Source: Candidatus Limimorpha sp. (lineage in GTDB: Bacteria; Bacteroidota; Bacteroidia; Bacteroidales; F082). Taken from it: 64,000 nucleotides of DNA. The notes under the pieces are model-generated. The model was not told the origin of the DNA. It saw nothing but the letters and a program-made list of their open reading frames with translations, and searched no databases. The stretch is from assembly GCA_045111995.1 (NCBI GenBank), contig JBGUHI010000034.1, forward strand, positions 66,308-130,307. Reading direction: 5' to 3'. Numbering within the stretch: position 1 is the first letter of the stretch; every line of letters begins with the position of its first letter. The translations under genes were made by a program, and so were the position numbers. Of the stretch, positions 54,246 to 61,774 are shown piece by piece.

Positions 54246-54713
54246 TCAGTCCGAAGGCTCAAGAATTAGAGAGGCGAAAGCCTCTCCTTTGAACATGCCC
54301 GTATCCATGTGCTCAAGTTGAAGAACGATAGTTCCTGCTTGCTTAAAACCGTGTTCCAATTCTTTGGCCAAAGTGTTGGAACTTGTGGTGACGCAGTATT
54401 TAAAGTCAGCCAGCCTATAGATTTTCCCTGTCATAATCAGACTGTCTGCCCAGGTTCCATCATCAATCTCGGGGATGAAGGCCACATCGTAACCAGCCTT
54501 ATTGAGTCCAGCAGCCATTTGCTTTGTCTGTTCCCAAGTATTCGTTTTCGGACCTTTGTTTTCCGAAAACAGCACCGTTTTGTGACCATTCACCTCGAAA
54601 AGGACCGTGGTGGTCGGGTCGTTCATAATGGATTCAAGAAAGGCATTCTTGCCTTTCCTATCCTTGATTTCGCCTAATTTTTGTTCGATATATCGGGAGT
54701 TGTATGATGGCAA
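54246..54713 (-). CDS. Hypothetical protein (155 aa), possible PD-(D/E)xK-like fold
   Basis: No family recognised. IPEIDD...(20 aa)...RLADFKY resembles a PD...(D/E)xK arrangement. The last codons run through a gagaggc-gaaa-gcctctc hairpin. Confidence 0.45.
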   Translation of the reverse strand: MPSYNSRYIEQKLGEIKDRKGKNAFLESIMNDPTTTVLFEVNGHKTVLFSENKGPKTNTWEQTKQMAAGLNKAGYDVAFIPEIDDGTWADSLIMTGKIYRLADFKYCVTTSSNTLAKELEHGFKQAGTIVLQLEHMDTGMFKGEAFASLILEPSD

Positions 54714-54759
54714 TAGTAAGGTGTTTTGAAATGACTAATCGGGGCAAAGATAATCAATT

Positions 54760-57537
54760 TTACCTTTCCTCAAACTTTTTCTCCGAAATCCTTTTCATCC
54801 ACCGCTCTATCTCCCCTATCCAAAGAATCACCGAGGTGCCGAGGATGATGCGCAGCCAGTCGCCAAAATGCAAGGGCGTGACGTTGAACATCTCGCCGCC
54901 GAAATTCACGATCAGGATTTGGCCCACAAAGATGATGAGCAAGGTGAAGTCGAAGCCTCGGCGCATGGCCCTCCCTTTCAGGCCCTTCAGCGCGGAAGCG
55001 GTGGTATGGTAGGCCTTGGCGTTGAAGATGTTCCAAAACTGCATGAAAACGAAGATGGTGAACAGCAGCGACAGCTCGTAGGCATCGATGCCGTTGCGCA
55101 CATGGTGGAAGTTGAAGAAGTTGCGGAAATAGTCGCCGAGCGAGAAGTCGGCCAACGAACTCACCTCGCAATGACCGAAATATTGCACGAAACCGAACAG
55201 CACCACCACAAACAGCAAACCCACGCCGATGATGCGCGCTCCCATGTCCTTCGTGATGATGAAAGCCTTGCGCGAGCGCGGCTTCGCCTTCATCACCTCC
55301 GAATCGGGGGGCAACGAGGCCAAGGCCAAAGCCGCGAAGGTGTCCATAATCAGGTTGATCCACAGCATCTGCGTCACGGTGAGCGGTGAAGTGGTGCCTA
55401 ACATGGCGCCAATCAGCACGATGAGGCAAGCCGCCACGTTGATGGTCATCTGGAAGAGAATAAACCTCTGAATGTTAAGGTATAGCGAGCGTCCCCACAT
55501 CACGGCGCGGGCGATGCTCTTGAACGAGTTGTCGAGGATGGTGATGTCGCTGGATTCCTTGGCCACCGAGGTACCGTCGCCCATCGACAGGCCGATTTGG
55601 GCACGGTTCAAGGCGGGCGCATCGTTGGTGCCGTCGCCCGTCACGGCCACCACCTCTCCCCGCTCCTGCAGCAGGCGCACGAGACGTTCCTTGTCGGACG
55701 GCCGCGCCCGCGACATGATCTTCAAGTCGCCGATGCGCTCCATGAGCTCATCATCAGACAAAAGGTTAAACTCCTTGCCCGTGATCATCTGCCGTTCAGG
55801 GTCGTCGTCATCGGTCCATAGGCCCACCTGACGGCCGATCTCTCGCGCCGTGCCTGACGTGTCGCCAGTCACAATCTTGATGCTGATGCCTGCGTCGAGA
55901 CAATCTCTCACTGAGTCGGACACGTCGTCGCGGATAGGGTCGATGATGCCTACGATGCCCAAGAAGCACAAGTCCTCTACCGTCAACTTGCCGTTGGCGA
56001 ACACCGTCTTCACCTCTTCTTCCGTCAGGTACTTGAAGGCAAAGCCCAAGGTGCGCATGGCCTTGTTCTGGTATTCCAGCAACTTGGACTCCACCTCTTC
56101 CTTGGCCCACTGGATGCCCGCCTCGCGGTCGGCCAGCCTCACCGTGGCACTGCGTTTCAGCATGATTTCTGGCGCACCTTTCACATAAAGCACATACTCT
56201 CCGGAGAATGCCGTCTGCACCACCGTGGCCATGTACTTGTATTTTGTCGTGAACGGCAGCTGCTTGACAATCTGCACGTCGTCGCGAATCTTGACGAAGT
56301 CGACGTTGTTGTCGAACAGCCACAGCAGCAACGCGCCCTCGGTGGGGTTGCCGATGACTTTCACTTTCTGCGGGTCGCTGTAGTCCAGAAACGCCGTCGA
56401 GTTGACGGCGATGCCTTCGGCCATGAGATGCCCTACCTCCGAGCCGTCGATTTCTCCATCAGGCAAGCCATAGATGAGGCTGTCGCCCAGGCTCATGCGG
56501 TTTCTGGTGAGGGTGCCTGTCTTGTCGGAACAGATCACCGTGGCGGCACCCATGGTCTCGCAAGCGTGCATCTTGCGCACTAAGTTGTTGGTCTCAAGCA
56601 TCCGCTTCATGCTCAACGCCAGACTCAGCGTGACGCTCATGGGCAAGCCTTCGGGCACGGCCACCACAATCAGCGTGACGGCAATCATCAAGCTATTGAG
56701 CACATAACGCACGATGTCCATCCAGTCATAAGACACATTGCCATGATATAGGAAATACATCAGCAGACGCGACACGACAATCATTCCTGCGATGACATAG
56801 CTGACGATGGTGATGCCATGGCCCAACCGGTCAAGTTGCTCGTTGAGCGGTGTCTTCACTTTGCTGTCGATTTGCGCGCCGCGATATACCTTGCCCCACT
56901 CCGTCGCGTCGCCCACCTTTTCGACCACGAAGACACCGTGGCCTTCCATCACCGAACTGCCTCGGCAGACATAGTTGGAGGGATAAGTGGCGTCCTCCTT
57001 GAACTCGGCCTCGTTGGTCGTCTTGCTGCACGAAGGCTCGCCCGTCAGGTCCGACTCGTTGACCCTCAGCGAGACAGCATCCACCAACCGTCCGTCGGCA
57101 GGCACCTCGTCGCCCGTGTTGATCACGACGACGTCGCCCACCACCACGTCCTTGCGCTCGATGCTTTGTATCATGCCGCCACGAAACACCGTCACCATCG
57201 CCTCGTCCTCGGCTTGGTTCAGGATGTCGAACTTCTTGTTGGCACTCAACTCGAAAACGAAGCCTATCGTGGTGGCCAGCATCACCGCAACGAAGATGCC
57301 CAAAGGCTCAAGCAGCACGCCCACCCCAGCAGCACCGCTGAACAGCTGATACAACGACACGGCCACCGACAGCAGCAAGGCTATCAGCAATATACGTATG
57401 ATGGGATCGGAAAACTTCTCCAAAAACTGTTTCCAAAGCGGCTCTTTCTCAGGCGGTGTCAACACGTTGTCGCCATGTTTGCGACGGCTTTCCTCAACCT
57501 GCTTCTGCGTCAAGCCGTTCCTATAATCTCTAGCCAT
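54760..57537 (-). CDS. Calcium-translocating P-type ATPase (PMCA/P2-type)
   Basis: Motifs present: TGEP(S), ICSDKTGTLT, KGAPE, MVTGD-like VTGDTSGTA, and VTGDGTNDAPAL. It has 10 predicted TM helices, with PEGLP in M4. Confidence 0.9.
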   Translation of the reverse strand: MARDYRNGLTQKQVEESRRKHGDNVLTPPEKEPLWKQFLEKFSDPIIRILLIALLLSVAVSLYQLFSGAAGVGVLLEPLGIFVAVMLATTIGFVFELSANKKFDILNQAEDEAMVTVFRGGMIQSIERKDVVVGDVVVINTGDEVPADGRLVDAVSLRVNESDLTGEPSCSKTTNEAEFKEDATYPSNYVCRGSSVMEGHGVFVVEKVGDATEWGKVYRGAQIDSKVKTPLNEQLDRLGHGITIVSYVIAGMIVVSRLLMYFLYHGNVSYDWMDIVRYVLNSLMIAVTLIVVAVPEGLPMSVTLSLALSMKRMLETNNLVRKMHACETMGAATVICSDKTGTLTRNRMSLGDSLIYGLPDGEIDGSEVGHLMAEGIAVNSTAFLDYSDPQKVKVIGNPTEGALLLWLFDNNVDFVKIRDDVQIVKQLPFTTKYKYMATVVQTAFSGEYVLYVKGAPEIMLKRSATVRLADREAGIQWAKEEVESKLLEYQNKAMRTLGFAFKYLTEEEVKTVFANGKLTVEDLCFLGIVGIIDPIRDDVSDSVRDCLDAGISIKIVTGDTSGTAREIGRQVGLWTDDDDPERQMITGKEFNLLSDDELMERIGDLKIMSRARPSDKERLVRLLQERGEVVAVTGDGTNDAPALNRAQIGLSMGDGTSVAKESSDITILDNSFKSIARAVMWGRSLYLNIQRFILFQMTINVAACLIVLIGAMLGTTSPLTVTQMLWINLIMDTFAALALASLPPDSEVMKAKPRSRKAFIITKDMGARIIGVGLLFVVVLFGFVQYFGHCEVSSLADFSLGDYFRNFFNFHHVRNGIDAYELSLLFTIFVFMQFWNIFNAKAYHTTASALKGLKGRAMRRGFDFTLLIIFVGQILIVNFGGEMFNVTPLHFGDWLRIILGTSVILWIGEIERWMKRISEKKFEER

Positions 57538-57573
57538 TTTCCAACAATTTTACTTTTATATCGATTTTATGAC

Positions 57574-57581
57574 TATTTTTG
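57574..57581 (+). promoter_or_regulatory. Bacteroidota -7 box for the TerB-like gene
   Basis: 'tatttttg', 87 nt upstream of the ATG at 57669. Confidence 0.4.
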
Positions 57582-57668
57582 CAATGAAAAACGGCGCAAA
57601 AATACAATCTCGCACACAACCGAAGAAAGGTTGCAAGGTTACAACCCAAAACTTGGAATCCTAACCCG

Positions 57669-59042
57669 ATGAAATTCAAGGAACCACATAAAACCGCCTT
57701 GGCCAAGGTCCTCTCCGACCTCGTGCAGTGCGACGGCATCGTCAACCAAGGCGAGATCGACTTCCTGCATCGCGCCTACTCGGTCTTCCGCATCACCACA
57801 ACCAGCCGCAAGAAAGCCACGCGCCTCAGCCTCGCCGATGCCGTCAGGACACTGAAAACCCTCGGCGACGAGGAGAAAACCGCCATCCTCAGGGTGTTGC
57901 AGATGCTATCCGTATCAGACGACGACCTGGCCCAAAGCGAGTCGCAGTTCATCACAGCCCTGCTGCTTTCCATCGGCTTGCGGCTGCCCGAAACCGTGGG
58001 CATCAAATCCGAATTCGTCTCCATCCCCAGCCTCAGTTTCGACACACGCAATGCGGTGCTCTACGTAGAACCCACCTACGACAAAGCCGTCAACGCACGC
58101 ATCGAACACGACTACGAGACCATCAGCCAAGTCATGGCCTCCATGGGGCGCGAGTTCATCTACCTGCCCCGTGTCGTCAGCGACCTCAACAGCAAAAAAG
58201 ACACCTTCCGCAACACATTAGGCTACCTTGAACCTTCACTCTCCACCGAACAACTCGACCACATCGACCGCAACCTACCCCAACTCAGCAGCGTGTTCTT
58301 CTCCAAGGAGATATTCCTCAACCACCTCAACGCCAACGGCTTGAGCATCGAAAAGCCTGCATATCTCCTCAAAATCAACACGCCGATGATGGGTCGCGGC
58401 CACGACTTCCTCATCATAGAAATCGACAACGACCCGTTGGACACGATAAGGCGCACAGCCTGGCTCAAAACCAACATCCTCAACATCGACCCACCCATGA
58501 GCAGCCCAAGGGAGAAGCGGCTCATGGAGAAGTTCAATACCATCGAAAGCAGCACCAGCCGCGACGAGCTGCATTATACCGGACTTCACAAGATTATCAT
58601 CGACACCGTGCTGAAACACAACGTCTCGCAACATCCCAGCCGACTTTACATCAACCATCGAGGCGACCTCTTCCTCACCGATCGCAACAATACCGAGGTG
58701 AAGATGCCCGCACTATGCAAGGCCCTCTACATCTTCTTCCTCATCCATGAGGACGGAATGTCGCTGACACACCTTAACGACCACAAGACAGAGCTTTACA
58801 ACATATACCGCTACATCTCGGCTTACGGCGACGATGACCTCTTACGCAAAACCATCGACAACCTCACCGACTTCATCGGCTCGACGATGAACGTCAACCT
58901 CTCGCGCATTCGCAAGGCCTTCCGCGACATCTTGGGCGATGAGGCCAGCATCTACTTAATCAAAGGCGAAAAAGGTGGACGAAAAATCATCCACCTCGAC
59001 CGTCGTCTCGTGGTCTTCGAAGACCGCAAGGCATTTGATTAA
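57669..59042 (+). CDS. Hypothetical protein with N-terminal TerB-like domain and an uncharacterised ~340-aa C-terminal region
   Basis: Two TerB-like half-motifs are present: ALAKVLSDLVQCDGIVNQGEIDFL and EEKTAILRVLQMLSVSDDDLAQSESQFITALLLSIGL. The C-terminal part has no motif I recognise. Confidence 0.5.
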   Translation: MKFKEPHKTALAKVLSDLVQCDGIVNQGEIDFLHRAYSVFRITTTSRKKATRLSLADAVRTLKTLGDEEKTAILRVLQMLSVSDDDLAQSESQFITALLLSIGLRLPETVGIKSEFVSIPSLSFDTRNAVLYVEPTYDKAVNARIEHDYETISQVMASMGREFIYLPRVVSDLNSKKDTFRNTLGYLEPSLSTEQLDHIDRNLPQLSSVFFSKEIFLNHLNANGLSIEKPAYLLKINTPMMGRGHDFLIIEIDNDPLDTIRRTAWLKTNILNIDPPMSSPREKRLMEKFNTIESSTSRDELHYTGLHKIIIDTVLKHNVSQHPSRLYINHRGDLFLTDRNNTEVKMPALCKALYIFFLIHEDGMSLTHLNDHKTELYNIYRYISAYGDDDLLRKTIDNLTDFIGSTMNVNLSRIRKAFRDILGDEASIYLIKGEKGGRKIIHLDRRLVVFEDRKAFD

Positions 59043-59812
59043 ACGCTCAGCCCTCCAAGCAGAAACGTGACATCGCTATTCGGGTCAATCTCCAACGCCT
59101 CCTTGCCATAACGCATCACAATCATCTTCTTGCCACCCTTCAGCAACATCTTGCCATCGGTCACCCAAAGCGCCGTGGCTTCACGCAACCCGACTACCGT
59201 CATCTCCTGATTGACGGCGAGGTACTCGTTGATGCGGTCCTGACGTGTCTCGCCGCCATGCTTGATCATCTTGTCAATCTCGGGATGGGGGTCGAGATAG
59301 TGCGGGTTGATTTGGAACGGCACCAGGTTGAGGCACTTGAACGAAGCAGGTTGCACTATAGGCATGTCGTTGGTAGTGCACAGCATAGGGCAAGCCACAT
59401 TCGAGCCTGCACTCCAGCCCATATAGGGCACACCGGCGAGGACACGCTCACGGATGGCATCCATCAGACCGTAGCGGTGCATCTCGGCCACGAGGTGGAA
59501 CGTGTTGCCGCCACCCACCACGATGCAGTCGGCCTCCTTGACGGCCTTCACCTTGTCGTCGAAATGGTGAACGGAAACAAAGTTGTCGAGGCCGAACTTC
59601 TCGCTGAAGATGCCCTTGACCCTTGCCTCGTATGCGTCATAACTCTCCGGATAGGCCTTGCCGCCGATGTTGACGCCAGCGAAAGGGACGAAGACGACAC
59701 GCGACTCCTTATTAATATTGTTCTGCAAGCAGAAAAGCTCGATTTGGCTTGATGGCCAAGCCAGATAGTTCTCGCCGAAATTGGTCGAATTACTGATTAG
59801 AAGTAGTCTCAT
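59039..59812 (-). CDS. pepE: Dipeptidase E (peptidase S51)
   Basis: Collinear with E. coli PepE: LLLISNST, FVPFAGV, IVVGGGNTFHL, GWSAGSNVACP, TTNDMPIV, LNLVPFQINPH. Confidence 0.85.
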   Translation of the reverse strand: MRLLLISNSTNFGENYLAWPSSQIELFCLQNNINKESRVVFVPFAGVNIGGKAYPESYDAYEARVKGIFSEKFGLDNFVSVHHFDDKVKAVKEADCIVVGGGNTFHLVAEMHRYGLMDAIRERVLAGVPYMGWSAGSNVACPMLCTTNDMPIVQPASFKCLNLVPFQINPHYLDPHPEIDKMIKHGGETRQDRINEYLAVNQEMTVVGLREATALWVTDGKMLLKGGKKMIVMRYGKEALEIDPNSDVTFLLGGLSV

Positions 59813-59984
59813 GATAGTATTTATTGGTTAACGATGGCGCAAAAATAGCAAAAAACCCGTTGCGACAGCATGAAAGCAAAAAAATGCAACCGACAGAAAG
59901 CAAAATATCGGTTTGATAATCAAACATTTGTAAAAACAACAAAAAAAATCTCGTTTTTTTTGCTTGCACAAACGAAAAAAGCTG

Positions 59985-59992
59985 TATTTTTG
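59985..59992 (+). promoter_or_regulatory. Bacteroidota -7 box (with TTTG at 59959-59962 as a -33 candidate) for the tRNA pair
   Basis: 'tatttttg', 17 nt upstream of the tRNA-Arg 5' end. Confidence 0.5.
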
Positions 59993-60009
59993 CAACGTCA
60001 AAAGCGACT

Positions 60010-60086
60010 GGACTAGTAGCTTAATTGGATAGAGCTTCTGACTACGGATCAGAGGGTTGGGGGTTCGAGTCCCTCCTAGTTCACCA
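60010..60086 (+). tRNA. tRNA-Arg (anticodon ACG), CCA encoded
   Basis: Hand-folded cloverleaf:
- acceptor ggactag / ctagttc
- D stem gctt / gagc
- anticodon stem tctga / tcaga, loop ctACGga
- T arm ggggg-ttcgagt-ccctc
- discriminator A followed by cca. Confidence 0.9.
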
Positions 60087-60111
60087 AGGTATAAAAAAAA
60101 CGCCTTGCTTC

Positions 60112-60183
60112 GGCCCATTCGACTAGCGGTTAGGTCGTAAGTTTCTCACACTTAAAACAGCGGTTCGATTCCGCTATGGGCTA
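60112..60183 (+). tRNA. tRNA-Glu (anticodon CTC), CCA not encoded
   Basis: Hand-folded cloverleaf:
- acceptor ggcccat / atgggct
- D stem gact / ggtc
- anticodon stem taagt / actta, loop ttCTCac
- T arm agcgg-ttcgatt-ccgct. Confidence 0.85.
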
Positions 60184-60185
60184 CG

Positions 60186-60227
60186 AAAAGTGCTTCAACT
60201 CAATGAGTTGAAGCACTTTTCGTTTTT
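60186..60227 (+). terminator. Rho-independent terminator of the tRNA operon
   Basis: 15-bp perfect stem aaaagtgcttcaact / agttgaagcactttt, loop caatg, followed by cgttttt. Confidence 0.85.
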
Positions 60228-60498
60228 ATGGTACACGTCCACGGTATTCCACAAACAAGAAAACCCCAGCCGAAGCCAAGGTTTTCAAGAACCAAAAACC
60301 AAAATTTATGAAACCATTAACTTGCAGCCACTTGCATGGCCACAGGTCTTTTTGATAAGAACCGCCGCAAAAATAATGTTTTTTCGGAACATACAAGCTT
60401 TTTTGACAAAAAAATTGGCTTTTTGCCATCTCCGACCTTGACAACTGATTGTTTTTTCCCTATTTTTGCGACCTGATAACACAAAAAGAACCACTATT

Positions 60499-60738
60499 AT
60501 GGGAAAATTCATGGACAAACTCATTGAGGCTATCATCAAGAGCGACGGGCTCTCAGATATTGAAGCCAAAGCCAAACTCAACCTGATCTACATCAAGATG
60601 AACCATTCCGAAATCAAGGACTTCGTCGACGAATACATCGATTGGCTTATGACTGAAAAGAAGATGAACTACAAGGCCATCCTACAAGCAACCGACCATC
60701 AGCTTCACGACATGTTCCTGTTTGAATTCAAGCATTGA
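60499..60738 (+). CDS. Hypothetical small protein (79 aa)
   Basis: ORF with a -7 box (tatttttg, 60461-60468) 30 nt upstream of MGKFMDKL. No recognisable motif. Confidence 0.4.
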   Translation: MGKFMDKLIEAIIKSDGLSDIEAKAKLNLIYIKMNHSEIKDFVDEYIDWLMTEKKMNYKAILQATDHQLHDMFLFEFKH

Positions 60739-60820
60739 TCCAACCACGGAAAGCACGCCCAAGCCTCACGTGATGGAAACCACGGGCGCATCCATGCCGA
60801 GGTCGACCGCCTCTGCCTTT

Positions 60821-61564
60821 CTATTCCAACTGACACACGTCAAAGTGACGCATGTCGTACAACTCGTCAAGGTGTTTCTTCAGCCTGCGCGCCATGGGGC
60901 GGAAGGTGTAGTAGGTGATGGTGGCAGATATGGGCGCACCCACCAAGGGCAACACCTTGCCCGCACCTTTCGCGAAGCCCTCTTTCGTCATGTTCACGCC
61001 GATCCACTGCGCTATCTTGATGGCATAGTTTGCCATGACGGACTCTGAAATCCTGACACTCGCATTCTTCGACACCTGCGACACCACTTTGCCCAAAGCT
61101 TCCACAGCCAACTTGTTACCCATCATAACGCCTACAAACAACGTCATGATGTTGAGCGACTCGTCGTCCAACTGGTTCTTGTAGTCAGTTAGCGAAGGCC
61201 AACCATATAGGTACATCAACTTTTGCATCAACGACAATATGTGGCCGTAGAACTGAGCAAGGTCGGTGGGAATGGTTCCCGCCATCCACCAACCGCCCGG
61301 CAAGCCCATCAAGGCTGAGGTGCCGCACACCATGGTCAAATGATAACTGATGCATTGGTTGGCCAGCTTGTCGATCTCTTTCTTTGTCAGCACCTTGAGC
61401 GGGCTCTCGTTCAAGGCGGTCATCACCTCCATCGGGGTGCAGAACTTAGTCAACTCCTTGGTCAGGAACTCGTCACGGTCGACCTTCACGAAAGGCAGTT
61501 TCACGCTGGTGGACAGCACCCTGTTCCAAAGGGTTACGCTTTTGTCTTTGTTTTCTTCGCTCAT
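60821..61564 (-). CDS. EcsC-family protein (tentative)
   Basis: The layout resembles B. subtilis EcsC. There is a central Gly-rich hydrophobic segment (GTSALMGLPGGWWMAGTIPTDL) followed by YGWP. The C-terminus has GKVLPLVGAPISATITYYTFRPMARRL, comparable to the EcsC IPLVG...NY.FT block. Confidence 0.5.
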   Translation of the reverse strand: MSEENKDKSVTLWNRVLSTSVKLPFVKVDRDEFLTKELTKFCTPMEVMTALNESPLKVLTKKEIDKLANQCISYHLTMVCGTSALMGLPGGWWMAGTIPTDLAQFYGHILSLMQKLMYLYGWPSLTDYKNQLDDESLNIMTLFVGVMMGNKLAVEALGKVVSQVSKNASVRISESVMANYAIKIAQWIGVNMTKEGFAKGAGKVLPLVGAPISATITYYTFRPMARRLKKHLDELYDMRHFDVCQLE

Positions 61565-61609
61565 TCTTTTCGTTTTTATGCAGGGACTTACGTCGCCTGC
61601 TTATTATAC

Positions 61610-61680
61610 GGCATCCGCCTATTTCCCCGACGTTTCGCGTCGTTTGGGCATCCGCCATTTTTCCCGACGTTTCACGTCGG
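61610..61680. repeat. Tandem ~34-nt repeat x2 (period 37), each with a hairpin
   Basis: Copy 1 is ggcatccgcctatttccccgacgtttcgcgtcg (61610-61642). Copy 2 is ggcatccgccatttttcccgacgtttcacgtcgg (61647-61680). The stems are cgacg/cgtcg and ccgacg/cgtcgg. Confidence 0.9.
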
Positions 61681-61714
61681 GCTGAATTAAATCGCCCTTT
61701 CAGGGCTTCCCTCC

Positions 61715-61770
61715 CACCTCCTAACTTCACACCTCATACCTCATACCTCAAACTTCACACCTCATACCTC
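61715..61770. repeat. 8 tandem heptamers (A[CTA]AC[CT]TC family) immediately 3' of the rarA stop
   Basis: The sequence reads cacctcc taacttc acacctc atacctc atacctc aaacttc acacctc atacctc, in exact 7-nt phase. Confidence 0.9.
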
Positions 61771-61774
61771 CCAA

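Noticed and set aside
56145-56161. tggcactgcgtttcagc as a sigma-54 (-24/-12) promoter; other TGGCAC occurrences lie near 238, 1172, 29245 and 45704
   Set aside because: The -12 element is TTCA rather than TTGC, and the site lies antisense inside the ATPase coding region. The other TGGCAC hits lack a TTGC at the correct spacing. The scan was by eye and not exhaustive.
59828-60118. 96-aa ORF on the - strand
   Set aside because: It overlaps both hand-folded tRNA genes and their promoter. The translation has no features of a real protein.
60010-60460. The tRNA-Arg/tRNA-Glu pair as an integration site for a genomic island
   Set aside because: No integrase gene, no duplicated tRNA 3' fragment, and no direct repeat of the tRNA ends were seen downstream. 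The following genes are small hypotheticals, an EcsC-like gene and rarA.
60229-60460. Possible small RNA in the 230-nt gap after the tRNA terminator (hairpin gaaaacc-N14-ggttttc near 60259-60286)
   Set aside because: It is a single short stem without promoter or terminator signals on either side. The evidence is insufficient to call a gene.
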